A stretch of DNA of 63,770 bases, filler included. It is 6 parts of 6 records of this genome, joined end to end, with 100 filler letters (N's around TTAATTAATTAA, not from the genome) between each part and the next. Parts side by side here need not be neighbours in the genome. Positions count along the whole stretch, not along the records: positions 9,753 to 39,773 come from SRR20825010_4932; 5 more parts are not named here. One strand, 5' to 3'. The first letter of the stretch is position 1. Every line of letters starts with the position of its first letter. Below, one piece after another: positions 21,434-30,551 of the stretch. Position numbers and translations under genes: made by a program. The notes under the pieces are model-generated. The model ran no database searches, was not told where the DNA came from, and saw nothing but the letters and a program-made list of their open reading frames with translations.

Positions 21434-21826
21434 CTAGTCTTCCAGCGCCCGAAGCTCCCGCTCAAGCCGGAACCGTTTACTGGTCATGTAAGTTTCCATG
21501 TCGGCGGTACGGCGCTCGATATCCCGGAAGCGACGGCGCAGCTCTGCTGCTGTATAGTCCGGGCTCTTCCGTGTCTGGCGCCAAAATTCCTCTTCTTTAT
21601 CGTCGCTATAGAGGCCTTCAGGGCGGGGGTCCAGCGCCATACCAAGCACAAAATACCCAATGATGAAGAGCCAGAAACCGGTGAAAATTGCCCCTACGAT
21701 GGTAAGAAACCTGACAAGACCAACCTTGACACCGAGATAATCTGCAATCCCGGCACATACCCCCATGAAACGCCCTTCTTCGGGGATTTTATAAAGTTTG
21801 GTGGGGCGGCTGTTATAACTTGTCAT
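21434..21826 (-). CDS. pspC: Phage shock protein C
   Basis: LYK.....RFMGVCAGIADYLG; RRTADMETYMTS..F.LERELRAL. Confidence 0.93.
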   Translation of the reverse strand: MTSYNSRPTKLYKIPEEGRFMGVCAGIADYLGVKVGLVRFLTIVGAIFTGFWLFIIGYFVLGMALDPRPEGLYSDDKEEEFWRQTRKSPDYTAAELRRRFRDIERRTADMETYMTSKRFRLERELRALED

Positions 21827-22040
21827 GATGACGGCTCCTCCAGTCTGGTACTTCATCGTCCATGATGCGTTCCATGGTGCGCAACCGGTCCTCTAACCTG
21901 TCGGCGGCGGTACGCAAATCACCCAGTGACGCTTCATCTTCTGCGGTGATGCCCTTCATTTGCTTCCACTTTGTGATGTAGTGGAAAATGATCCAAAGCG
22001 GCGCCACGATCACCAACAGTAATATTGGTATGACTTCCAT
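21813..22040 (-). CDS. pspB: Phage shock protein B
   Basis: VAPLWIIFHY.TKWK...RLEDRLRTMERIMD...PDWR. Confidence 0.94.
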   Translation of the reverse strand: MEVIPILLLVIVAPLWIIFHYITKWKQMKGITAEDEASLGDLRTAADRLEDRLRTMERIMDDEVPDWRSRHHDKL

Positions 22041-22081
22041 TGTTGACCCTTCCTCTTTTTCTTATTGTGGGTGGGCGCCGA

Positions 22082-22792
22082 TTATTTCGACGCCGATTTT
22101 TTTGCAGGAGCCTTTGCAGCTGGCTTTTCAGCGCCACCGCTTGATTTAGCCTTAAGGGCAGCAAGCTCTTTCTCGATATCATCGTCCGCTTCAAGTGCGC
22201 GGAACTGATCTTCAAGGTTTTCACCGCGACCGATGGTCATGGCTTCAGCTTCACCTTCAAGGCGGTCAAGACGTGCGTCTACTTTATCAAAGCGGTCGAA
22301 CGCGTCCTGGATGCGGTTGTCATAGAGGTTCTTGCGAACCCGAACCTGATTGGTTGCCGACTTGTGCCGCGCCTGCATACTGGCTTTCTTCGCCCGCGCT
22401 TCGCGCAGTTTGGCATCAAGCTTGATGACATCTTCCTCGTTCCGTGTCAGTGCGTCAGAGAGAAGCTTGAGCTCTTCCTTGAGGTGCACTTCCATGTCGG
22501 CCACCTTGGCTTTTTCAACCAGTGCGCCTTTGGCGAGGTCGTCCCGACCTTTGGAGATAGCAAGCTCAGCTTTCTTCTCCCATTCGGCCTGTGCCTTCTC
22601 AACCTTCTTGATACGGCGCTCAAGATCTTTCTGGTCTGCGATTGTTTTCGCAGCAGAGGAGCGAACCTCCACAAGAGTGTCTTCCATTTCCTGGATGACC
22701 ATGCGGATGATTTTTTCAGGATCCTCGGCTTTGTCGAGAATGGCATTGATATTGGAGTTGATGATGTCGGTCAGGCGGGAAAAAATACCCAT
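22082..22792 (-). CDS. pspA: Phage shock protein A
   Basis: MGIFSRLTDIINSNINAILDKAEDPEKIIRMVIQEMEDTLVEVRS. Confidence 0.97.
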   Translation of the reverse strand: MGIFSRLTDIINSNINAILDKAEDPEKIIRMVIQEMEDTLVEVRSSAAKTIADQKDLERRIKKVEKAQAEWEKKAELAISKGRDDLAKGALVEKAKVADMEVHLKEELKLLSDALTRNEEDVIKLDAKLREARAKKASMQARHKSATNQVRVRKNLYDNRIQDAFDRFDKVDARLDRLEGEAEAMTIGRGENLEDQFRALEADDDIEKELAALKAKSSGGAEKPAAKAPAKKSASK

Positions 22793-22965
22793 TTTTATTG
22801 TCCTTTCTTAAGTCCTCGCTTACGTGTCCCGGGTGGCTTTCGCGGCCATTTTTTGGGACTTCCTCCCCGAATTATGCTTCGGGAGCAACCTGGGCCACTT
22901 TTTATATGGCCTCTTTTAGTCGCTGACCCGGCGTCCCCTCGCAGACGCCGGGTTAGGCGTTGGAA

Positions 22966-23136
22966 TTAGTGCAGACGGCGACGACGACGCTCAATGCGGC
23001 GAACCCGGCGCTCTGCGCTCTGGTTGCGGCCTTCCGACTGGCGGATCAGGCCAAAACCGGCAATCAAACCATCAAGCTCTGCGCTTGTTTCGTTCATGGC
23101 TGAAAGGGCTGAGCTTAGTTGCAACATCTTGTTCAT
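22966..23136 (-). CDS. Small Arg-rich protein (56 aa), first ORF of the psp transcript
   Basis: GAGGA RBS before ATG 23136, downstream of the sigma54 site; ends RRVRRIERRRRRLH. Confidence 0.55.
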   Translation of the reverse strand: MNKMLQLSSALSAMNETSAELDGLIAGFGLIRQSEGRNQSAERRVRRIERRRRRLH

Positions 23137-23221
23137 CGTCTTGTCCTCTAATTCCGTTCGCTGTCTTCGTTGTTTTTTTGTGTCAGTCTTTTTGTGTATC
23201 TCTCGCTGACGAACCAATATT

Positions 23222-23237
23222 TGCAGGGTGCGTGCCA
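23222..23237 (-). promoter_or_regulatory. Sigma54 -24/-12 promoter of the psp operon
   Basis: TGGCACGCACCCTGCA (GG-N10-GC), divergent from pspF. Confidence 0.85.
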
Positions 23238-23310
23238 GTTTTTGAGGAAAAATTAACATATTGATTTTAAAAGATAATTTTCTTGAGGCGCTATATATTC
23301 GTTATTCACG

Positions 23311-23347
23311 TTGATTATAATTGCCAATAGTTAGTGAATAATACTAA
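23311..23347. promoter_or_regulatory. Putative PspF upstream activating sequences
   Basis: Imperfect palindromes TTGATTATAATTGCCAA and TTAGTGAATAATACTAA about 75-110 bp from the -24 element, with an AT-rich IHF-like tract between. Confidence 0.6.
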
Positions 23348-23358
23348 TATTCAGTATC

Positions 23359-24399
23359 ATGGAAATACGACAAGATCAGATTATTGGCAGCTCCCCCGCG
23401 TTCCTCGATTTGATGGACCGCATCAGCCGCGCGGCCCCCCTCGATCGACCGCTTCTGGTGATTGGAGAACGGGGCACAGGTAAAGAGCTTATCGCGGCAC
23501 GACTGCACTATCTTTCGAACCGCTGGAATAAGCCGTTTCAGAAAATGAACTGCGCAGCACTCGCAGAAACCCTGCTTGAGAGCGAACTGTTCGGGTATGA
23601 GCCCGGCGCGTTCACCGGCGCCCGCAACCGACGCGCAGGCCGGTTTGAAGCCGCCGACCAGGGCAGCCTGTTCCTTGACGAGATTGGCACCATGAGCATG
23701 TCAGCCCAAGAGAAGCTCCTGCGGGTGATCGAATATGGTGAATTTGAACGCGTGGGCGGTAATGAGACGATTGAGGTGGACGTGCGCGTGGTGGGAGCCA
23801 CCAACATCGACCTACCCGCCGCAGCTGACGCGGGCGAGTTTCGGCATGACCTTCTCGACCGGCTGGCGTTTGACGTCATCACCGTGCCCCCGCTTCGTGA
23901 GCGTCCTGAAGATATCATGGTGCTGGCGGAACATTTCGGCCGCAACATGGCCCGCGAGCTTGAGTGGCTTGTCTTCCCCGGTTTTAGCGACAAGGCAGAA
24001 GACGAGATGATGAGCCATCGCTGGCCCGGCAATGTGCGGGAGCTCAAGAATGTGGTGGAGCGCGCCATCTATCGTGCGTGGGACGGTGAAAAGGCGATCT
24101 GCGATATCGTGTTTGACCCGTTTGACAGCCCCTTCCGCCCCCCGGCCAAACGCAACCGCATGGCACCACAGGCAGCGCCCAACCCTGCTGCACCACCAGC
24201 CAACACGAAGGCTGACACAGAGAAGCCCGCCCTACCCAATGGCCCATTCTGCTTTAAGGAAACCGTGACAGCTTATGAGAAGAAGCTGCTCGCCCATGCA
24301 CTGGAAGAAGCACGCTTCAACCAACGCGTTGCTGCCAGACAACTGAACCTGAGTTATGACCAGCTGAGGCACGCGCTGAAGAAGCACGATCTGTTGTAA
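23359..24399 (+). CDS. pspF: psp operon sigma54 activator
   Basis: GERGTGKEL, GAFTGA, LFLDE, WPGNVRELKNVVER, C-terminal HTH, no N-terminal regulatory domain. Confidence 0.96.
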   Translation: MEIRQDQIIGSSPAFLDLMDRISRAAPLDRPLLVIGERGTGKELIAARLHYLSNRWNKPFQKMNCAALAETLLESELFGYEPGAFTGARNRRAGRFEAADQGSLFLDEIGTMSMSAQEKLLRVIEYGEFERVGGNETIEVDVRVVGATNIDLPAAADAGEFRHDLLDRLAFDVITVPPLRERPEDIMVLAEHFGRNMARELEWLVFPGFSDKAEDEMMSHRWPGNVRELKNVVERAIYRAWDGEKAICDIVFDPFDSPFRPPAKRNRMAPQAAPNPAAPPANTKADTEKPALPNGPFCFKETVTAYEKKLLAHALEEARFNQRVAARQLNLSYDQLRHALKKHDLL

Positions 24400-24453
24400 C
24401 CACCATACGATCTTCACTTGACCACGGCTTCGCGCTGGCGTCATAGTGCGGCC

Positions 24454-24822
24454 ATGTCAGAGAACCTTTTCATTCATAAACGCCAGCGGCAGCGCGCTAA
24501 AAAGACCGCGCTTCTGAGCACCCGCAACATATTCGGGCTTATTGCCGTGATGCTTGCGGCTTATGCTGCCTTCCGCCTCTGGATCGGGGACCCGACCACA
24601 GCCATATGCGAGAATGGGTGCGAATCCCTCTATAGCCTGGCGGCCTGGGTTCTTGGGTTCTTCATCCTGTTCGCAGCTGTCATCGCCGCGGGTGCGGTTG
24701 TCGGGCTTTTGGTCGCCTTCCTTCGTCGGCGTACTGAGGCGGGAGAAAGCGCCATCACCCGCATGCAGGAAAATGAAGCTGCGGCAAAACAGGCTGGTGC
24801 GCCAAGCGACGACACCCCGTAA
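24454..24822 (+). CDS. Hypothetical 2-TM membrane protein
   Basis: Two hydrophobic helices linked by a CENGC loop. Confidence 0.6.
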   Translation: MSENLFIHKRQRQRAKKTALLSTRNIFGLIAVMLAAYAAFRLWIGDPTTAICENGCESLYSLAAWVLGFFILFAAVIAAGAVVGLLVAFLRRRTEAGESAITRMQENEAAAKQAGAPSDDTP

Positions 24823-24831
24823 ATCGGCATC

Positions 24832-26184
24832 TTAAGTCGGGCTGGTTTTCTGCCGTGCCGCTTTCGAGCCTGACCCGTGCGGCGACCATTTTTTCGGGCC
24901 TGCGGCGATAATTTTTTTCCCGTCATCAGCTACCCTGAAGGTTTGCCGCGCGAGGATTTCATCGCCTACGTTTGAGCACATCACAATCACAGCAAGATAA
25001 TGATAGAACAGGTCAAACGTGGCAATATTCACAGTCAAACCGCCAACAGCATACCCCACCAACCCAAGCTGGATGGCTGCGCACAAATCCCCAATCCATT
25101 TGGTCTCTTCGTGTTTCCTGAATTTTTTGGCCGCCGAACCACCAGCGTACCAGCCCGTCAATAGCATCGAGAGATACAGGAGAAGCCCGGTATAGCCGTG
25201 CTCGGCCAGCACCTCAAAATAAGCAGAGTGTGGTGCTCGCGGGATTTCCCCGGGCGGCATGTAAAGTTCCTGCGCACGGCGAACATAGAAGACATTATAC
25301 CCACCTCCCTCAATAGGGTTGTCGTCTGCCACGTTTGACGAGAACCGCCACATCACCACCCTGCCTCGGAAGCTTGAATCCTCCGTTGCATTCTCCGTAC
25401 TCTGCATCCGGTTTTTCCAGCTGTCCGGCATGAAATAGAGGCCGCCAATAACAAGCGGCACAAGTACTGCGATCAGCTTGAACTTATGTTTGCTTTGTAG
25501 CAGCAACATGCCCATCACCGCCGCAAGGGCTACAAACCCGCCTCTGGACTGCGTACCCACGATCGACAGCATGATCGCGAAGGTCGCGCCTGCAAATGGC
25601 CACTTCAAAATCTTCAACGGCGGATGCTGCACAAAATACATGGACAGCGGCAACAGCATGGCCATCGCCATGGCAAGCTGATTGTTGTCATCCATCATGC
25701 CGCCCGCGCCCTGCACCCGGCCGCTACCCCCGGTCAAGATGGTAAAAAGCCCACCCTTGACGCCGATGTAGGCGAGAGAGGCTGCCATCACAAAAACAAA
25801 GGCCCGGAGCCGGTTCGGCGATTGCATCACCATCATGGCTACGAACGCGAACAACAACACCTTGAACACATAGGTGTATTTTTCAAAGGAATAGCCCGGC
25901 TCAAACCCTACGATAGTGGTGAAGGTCACCCATATAAAATAGATCAGAATGATTGCCACAATGGGGTGTGCCGGCAGGCTTTTTTTATCTTTACTGATCA
26001 ACAGCCCGCCAATCGTCAGCGCGGCAACAAAATCAAGGAACGGGAAGAACATTGCAAACCCATAGGTCTGCTTGTGCGGGTTCATGTGTGAAATCCAGTC
26101 CCACAACAAAATCCCGATAAAGGGTTTGAAGATGACAATGGGCATCCACATAAACAACAGAAGGGCGACAATCGCACCACGCAT
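24832..26184 (-). CDS. O-antigen ligase/Wzy-like protein (exosortase A-associated O-glycosylation ligase type)
   Basis: W..ISHMNPH, TQSRGG, R...W, APHSAYFEVLAEHGYTGL. Confidence 0.82.
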   Translation of the reverse strand: MRGAIVALLLFMWMPIVIFKPFIGILLWDWISHMNPHKQTYGFAMFFPFLDFVAALTIGGLLISKDKKSLPAHPIVAIILIYFIWVTFTTIVGFEPGYSFEKYTYVFKVLLFAFVAMMVMQSPNRLRAFVFVMAASLAYIGVKGGLFTILTGGSGRVQGAGGMMDDNNQLAMAMAMLLPLSMYFVQHPPLKILKWPFAGATFAIMLSIVGTQSRGGFVALAAVMGMLLLQSKHKFKLIAVLVPLVIGGLYFMPDSWKNRMQSTENATEDSSFRGRVVMWRFSSNVADDNPIEGGGYNVFYVRRAQELYMPPGEIPRAPHSAYFEVLAEHGYTGLLLYLSMLLTGWYAGGSAAKKFRKHEETKWIGDLCAAIQLGLVGYAVGGLTVNIATFDLFYHYLAVIVMCSNVGDEILARQTFRVADDGKKIIAAGPKKWSPHGSGSKAARQKTSPT

Positions 26185-26317
26185 GACAACACTTTCCCTA
26201 GCCTCAACAACGGGCGTCTGCCTCATTGTGCCTCAGCCACACTCAGTTGCGCAAGTCTATCGCTTGACAGGCCTTTTTGAAGTCATAGCATGGGGCGCTC
26301 ATTAGGGGAGAAAATCA

Positions 26318-28009
26318 ATGCGCCACATAATCATGATGATGGCTGTGACGGTGTTCGCTGCAACAAGCTTTGCTGCGCAAGACACAATACTCACGGACCC
26401 AACTTCCAATACAGCAGACCTCGTGATCTGGGGTGGCCCGATCTACACGGCAGATGATAGCCGCCCGCAGGCGGAAGCCGTGGCGGTTAAGGATGGCAAA
26501 TTTATCTTTGTTGGCGCACGGGCGGGTGCCGAAGCGCTTGTCGGGCAAGATACAACTGTGCTTTCGCTTGACGGCGCAGCACTTTTCCCCGGCTTCACCG
26601 ATGCTCATGCTCATATGTCCGGCATTGGCTCGCGAGAGCTGACCCTGAACCTTGAGGGCATACCGTCCATCAAGGCACTTCAGAAAACCGTGGGCGAATG
26701 GGCTACAACACACAACGCACCAGTTCTTTTTGGCCGGGGCTGGATCGAAACACATTGGCCCGAAGCCCGCTTCCCAACACGCTGGGACATTGATGCTATC
26801 CTGCCTGATGTACCCGTTGTGCTGCGCCGCGCCGATGGCCACGCGCTGGTTGCCAATTCCAAAGCGCTTGAGGTGGCGGGCATTGACGAGACGACCGAAG
26901 CACCCTTTGGCGGCGAAATTCTAAAAAATGCGCTGGGTGAACCTACCGGTATGCTCATTGATGCTGCCATGAACCTCATCGCACCCCTGATGCCCGAACA
27001 AACTGCCGCTGACCTCAACCAGCAACTGATGGTCGCGAGCGAAGTATATGCCCGCTACGGCTGGACCGGCATGCACAATATGTCTGTGTCGTGGGGTGAG
27101 GTAGAGGCTCTTGAAATGCTGACCGGCACCGGCGATGTCGGCATTCGGGTATATAACTCGGTCAACCCGGAGGAAGCCGACAAGCTTTTCATTGGTGGTA
27201 AACGTGAAAGCGCGGATGGGCATATCATCACCCGCGCGATCAAACTTTATATGGATGGTGCGCTTGGCTCGCGCGGAGCAGCGCTTCTTGAGCCTTATGC
27301 AGACGCGGCCACATCTGGCCTGCTGCTGACCACGAAAGAAGAGACCATGCCAATCCTCAGGCAAGCGCTCTCCCTCGGCATTCAGGTCAACACACATGCC
27401 ATTGGTGACCGGGGTAACCGCCTGCTGCTGGACTGGTATGAGGAAGTACAGGATGAGATCCCGAGCGTGGAACGCGCGATCACGGAGCCTCGTTGGCGCG
27501 ACGAACACACACAGATCGTCAACCCGGAAGATATCCCGCGCTATAAAGCCCTTGGTGTCATCCCAAGCATGCAACCAAGCCACGCTATTGGCGATTTGCA
27601 TTTCGCCCCGGCCCGGCTGGGCGACGACCGGCTTGTGGGTGCTTATGCATGGCAAAGCTTTATCAACAGCGGCGTTATCGTGGCAGGCGGCTCGGACGCG
27701 CCGGTTGAACGCGGTGACCCGCTTATTGAATATTATGCCGCCACATACAGGCATGACCTGGCGGGCTTTCAGGGACCAAATTGGCACGCTGAGGAAGCTG
27801 TGAGCCGCGCTGACGCGCTCAAGATGTTCACGCTGTGGCCCGCCATCGCGTCCTTCCAGGAAGATCGCGTCGGCTCCATCACCGTTGGCAAAGAAGCAGA
27901 CATGACGGCTTTCTCCGTCGACCTGATGACAGCCCCGGCCGCCGACATCCCCAAAGGGGAAGCAGTGATGACCGTGGTGGGTGGTGATATCATCTACATG
28001 AAAGAATAG
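26318..28009 (+). CDS. Amidohydrolase 3 (YtcJ-like), secreted
   Basis: PGFTDAHAH, IKLYMDGALGSRGAAL, HAIGDRGN, RDEHTQ, GSDAPVE. Confidence 0.92.
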   Translation: MRHIIMMMAVTVFAATSFAAQDTILTDPTSNTADLVIWGGPIYTADDSRPQAEAVAVKDGKFIFVGARAGAEALVGQDTTVLSLDGAALFPGFTDAHAHMSGIGSRELTLNLEGIPSIKALQKTVGEWATTHNAPVLFGRGWIETHWPEARFPTRWDIDAILPDVPVVLRRADGHALVANSKALEVAGIDETTEAPFGGEILKNALGEPTGMLIDAAMNLIAPLMPEQTAADLNQQLMVASEVYARYGWTGMHNMSVSWGEVEALEMLTGTGDVGIRVYNSVNPEEADKLFIGGKRESADGHIITRAIKLYMDGALGSRGAALLEPYADAATSGLLLTTKEETMPILRQALSLGIQVNTHAIGDRGNRLLLDWYEEVQDEIPSVERAITEPRWRDEHTQIVNPEDIPRYKALGVIPSMQPSHAIGDLHFAPARLGDDRLVGAYAWQSFINSGVIVAGGSDAPVERGDPLIEYYAATYRHDLAGFQGPNWHAEEAVSRADALKMFTLWPAIASFQEDRVGSITVGKEADMTAFSVDLMTAPAADIPKGEAVMTVVGGDIIYMKE

Positions 28010-28035
28010 GCCACGCGCCCACACTACGAAAACGC

Positions 28036-28066
28036 AAAAACCCGCCGCATACTGTGGCGGGTTTTT
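28036..28066 (+). terminator. Bidirectional intrinsic terminator
   Basis: AAAAACCCGCC...GGCGGGTTTTT. Confidence 0.8.
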
Positions 28067-28117
28067 ATTTGGAGCCTTGACTGCCATCAATAGCCTTCCG
28101 GCGATATTCACTGGGTG

Positions 28118-28300
28118 TCATGCCATTCTCACCCCAATCTCACCTTGGATGCGAAAACCTTCATCGTAATCACCCGCATAACGTCCGGCATACAGGTCCG
28201 GCAGGAAAACACGGTGCCCGTCACGCTCAAGCGTTTCCGCAATCCCCCGCTCGGCAGTGCACAAACCCAACACGGAATGAAACAGGATGATCTCAGCCAT
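28118..28300 (-). pseudogene. Truncated dienelactone hydrolase family gene
   Basis: MAEIILFHSVLGL...GHRVFLPDLYAG is a DLH N-terminus; stops after 60 aa, before the nucleophile motif. Confidence 0.75.
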
Positions 28301-28477
28301 AGCGCCCTCGCTTGTTGTTGACCACTATAGGAGCACGACGCACAGCGGGGGGCAATCTACTGTCACACGCTGCGCGCTTTGGGCTATCAATCCTTCATGA
28401 GGCAACATCCAACGTCTGCTTTCACCACCTTCCTGACCGAAGAATGGAAGCACTGACGGGTGAAGCCCGGCACGAGT

Positions 28478-28508
28478 AAAGCCACCCCGGGGAGGACGAG
28501 GTGGCTTT
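28478..28508 (-). terminator. Hairpin downstream of the fasciclin gene
   Basis: AAAGCCACC-N13-GGTGGCTTT. Confidence 0.65.
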
Positions 28509-28545
28509 CTCAACCAACCGGCCAAACAGGCCATATTGATTGCTA

Positions 28546-29061
28546 TCATTCAGGCATGATCACTGTGTCAATCACGTGAATCACGCCATTTTTGGTCGTG
28601 ATATCAGCCGTCAGCACCTTGGCGCCATCCACCATCACACCGCCATGCGTGGCATCGATTTGCACTTTCTGGCCCTGCACTGTGGCCGCGCTAAGCTTCT
28701 TGCCCGCAAGATCGGCAGACATCACCTTGCCCGGCACAACATGGTAGGTGAGAATGGCTGTAAGCTTGGCTTTGTTCTCCGGTTTGAGCAGTGTGGCAAT
28801 CGTACCGTCAGGCAGCTTTGCAAAAGCTTCATCCGTTGGGGCGAACACGGTAAACGGGCCGTCACCCTTAAGGGTTTCCACAAGGCCCGCCGCCTTTACC
28901 GCCGCAACCAGCGTTTCAAAGCTGCCAGCATTCACAGCCGTATCGACGATATCGGCCTGATGGCCTTTGTGATCGTCTGCATACACGGTTTGCGACATGA
29001 GCGCAGAGACAGACAGCGCCGCTGCAACAGACAGGGTTTTCAACAACTTCGTGGGCAACAT
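28546..29061 (-). CDS. Fasciclin (FAS1) domain secreted protein
   Basis: [57 protein letters not shown] before 29061. Confidence 0.95.
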   Translation of the reverse strand: MLPTKLLKTLSVAAALSVSALMSQTVYADDHKGHQADIVDTAVNAGSFETLVAAVKAAGLVETLKGDGPFTVFAPTDEAFAKLPDGTIATLLKPENKAKLTAILTYHVVPGKVMSADLAGKKLSAATVQGQKVQIDATHGGVMVDGAKVLTADITTKNGVIHVIDTVIMPE

Positions 29062-29096
29062 GGGGGTCTCCAATCTAATTTTGAGGATACCCCTGT

Positions 29097-29122
29097 TACG
29101 CCAGGGCGGCATAATTGGATCA
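29097..29122 (-). promoter_or_regulatory. RpoE-ChrR-type ECF promoter of the fasciclin gene
   Basis: TGATCC-N15-GCGTA, 36 nt upstream of the ATG. Confidence 0.75.
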
Positions 29123-29209
29123 TACGAAGACCGGACGAGACTGCTCAGCAATCTTTCCGTCCGGCTGTTTTTAATGCGTCAATATTGGCAATATCCAGCG
29201 TTTATGCCG

Positions 29210-29761
29210 TTAAGTTTCAGAAGCGGCGCCTAGCTCCCTAAACCCCAACAACCCTTTCACCTCTTGAATTTCGCGTTTCTGAAATATGGTAAGGTTTATC
29301 CAGCCAAGAGCAGGAACCAACAAAGCCGCCAGTATCGCGAATAGCGCAACAACTAACATCTCCGCTATACCTGCCTCATCCCAGATACGCACTACGGTGC
29401 CCACCATCAACACTAGCAAGAAGGAATAGAAGAACACCTTGTTCAGACTGTTATGGTGGTCAGACTCAAAGTAGCCGTCAAGTTTGGTACCTTCCGCATC
29501 CTCCGAGATAATACCCACGTACCTAGCTGAGCCTGGAAGTACCCAGAAATGCTCCAGAAGAGGCGCGTTTTGCTTCGCAATCAATTCGTTACCTTTAAGG
29601 CTATATATGAAGGCCTTATCGACATTACCAACACCGCCTACTGGCAAATTACTCAGCCTAGCTGCCTTTCTGTCCAAAGACTGCAGAAAGGCCTCTCGGT
29701 CAGCTTCTATAAAGACCGAATGTGGGAGGCGGCCTGATAAATAGGAAAGCAATCTATTCAT
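29210..29761 (-). CDS. Hypothetical membrane protein, candidate immunity protein
   Basis: Lower GC than flanking genes; two C-terminal TM helices; ATG overlaps the stop of an upstream truncated frame. Confidence 0.55.
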   Translation of the reverse strand: MNRLLSYLSGRLPHSVFIEADREAFLQSLDRKAARLSNLPVGGVGNVDKAFIYSLKGNELIAKQNAPLLEHFWVLPGSARYVGIISEDAEGTKLDGYFESDHHNSLNKVFFYSFLLVLMVGTVVRIWDEAGIAEMLVVALFAILAALLVPALGWINLTIFQKREIQEVKGLLGFRELGAASET

Positions 29762-29841
29762 GATGCCCTTCGCCATCAATTGTTTTGCAGGAGCTATTAA
29801 ACATAACCCCCCGACCATTTGTTAATTCCGGGGACAGTATA

Positions 29842-30516
29842 CTATTTATCATCACTGACAGTCTTCTTAGGGCGACCCGGCCGTTGGGCGGCGAGGCGTC
29901 TGCCCTCTTGCTTTTCCAGGTGTTCAACCCAGGCATCAGCGCCAAGTGGCCTGCCTGTGCGGGTATGCATTTGCAGGCGCTTCATTTCCGCATCCTCCAC
30001 GCCGCCCTGCAGCAACGCTGCCCAATCCGGCACCTCCTCTAGCAAGGGGGAAACCTTCGCAAGCGCATCATCGTTGCCCTCAAGGTGCGCCCGTGCGCTT
30101 GACCAAGCCCAATCCTCTGGGCGCTTGACCATACCCGCCCGAACCGGGTTCAGCTCAACATACCGCGCGCATGCAACCAGATGTTGCCCGTCCATCACAA
30201 AAGACGCAAAACGCTCCTGCCACAGATGGCCGCGCGCGCCTTCACGGAAGTTGATCATGCGAGTATAACGACGGTGCGCTTCACCGAGCGCAGCACGCAA
30301 GCCATCTTTATGGGAAGGCACCATGATCAAATGAACATGGTTCGGCATCAGGCAATATCCCCACACCTCGGTGCCAGCTTTTTTGCAAGCCTCAGACACA
30401 AGGGTCAGATAGTCCGAATAATCGCTATCCTGCATAAAGGTGGCCATACGGCGCACCCCACGCTGCGTTACGTGATGCGCATACCCCGGAACCACTAATC
30501 TTGCTATGCGAGCCAT
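29842..30516 (-). CDS. HUH Y1 tyrosine transposase (RAYT-like, IS200/IS605 TnpA superfamily)
   Basis: MARIAR...HHVTQRG, YCLMPNHVHLI (HUH), HLWQERF, YVELNPVRAG, WAWSS. Confidence 0.93.
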   Translation of the reverse strand: MARIARLVVPGYAHHVTQRGVRRMATFMQDSDYSDYLTLVSEACKKAGTEVWGYCLMPNHVHLIMVPSHKDGLRAALGEAHRRYTRMINFREGARGHLWQERFASFVMDGQHLVACARYVELNPVRAGMVKRPEDWAWSSARAHLEGNDDALAKVSPLLEEVPDWAALLQGGVEDAEMKRLQMHTRTGRPLGADAWVEHLEKQEGRRLAAQRPGRPKKTVSDDK

Positions 30517-30522
30517 AAGAGG

Positions 30523-30551
30523 AAAGTAGGAAACAAAGACCGGGACGTCAA
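30523..30551 (-). promoter_or_regulatory. Sigma70-like promoter of the transposase
   Basis: TTGACG-N17-TACTTT, 6 nt before ATG 30516, no Shine-Dalgarno. Confidence 0.65.

Noticed and set aside
21434-24399. Prophage or anti-phage system suggested by phage shock genes
   Set aside because: Psp is an envelope-stress system; no phage structural or defence genes are seen.
26921-28111. 396-aa minus-strand ORF
   Set aside because: Antisense shadow of the amidohydrolase; no recognisable motifs.
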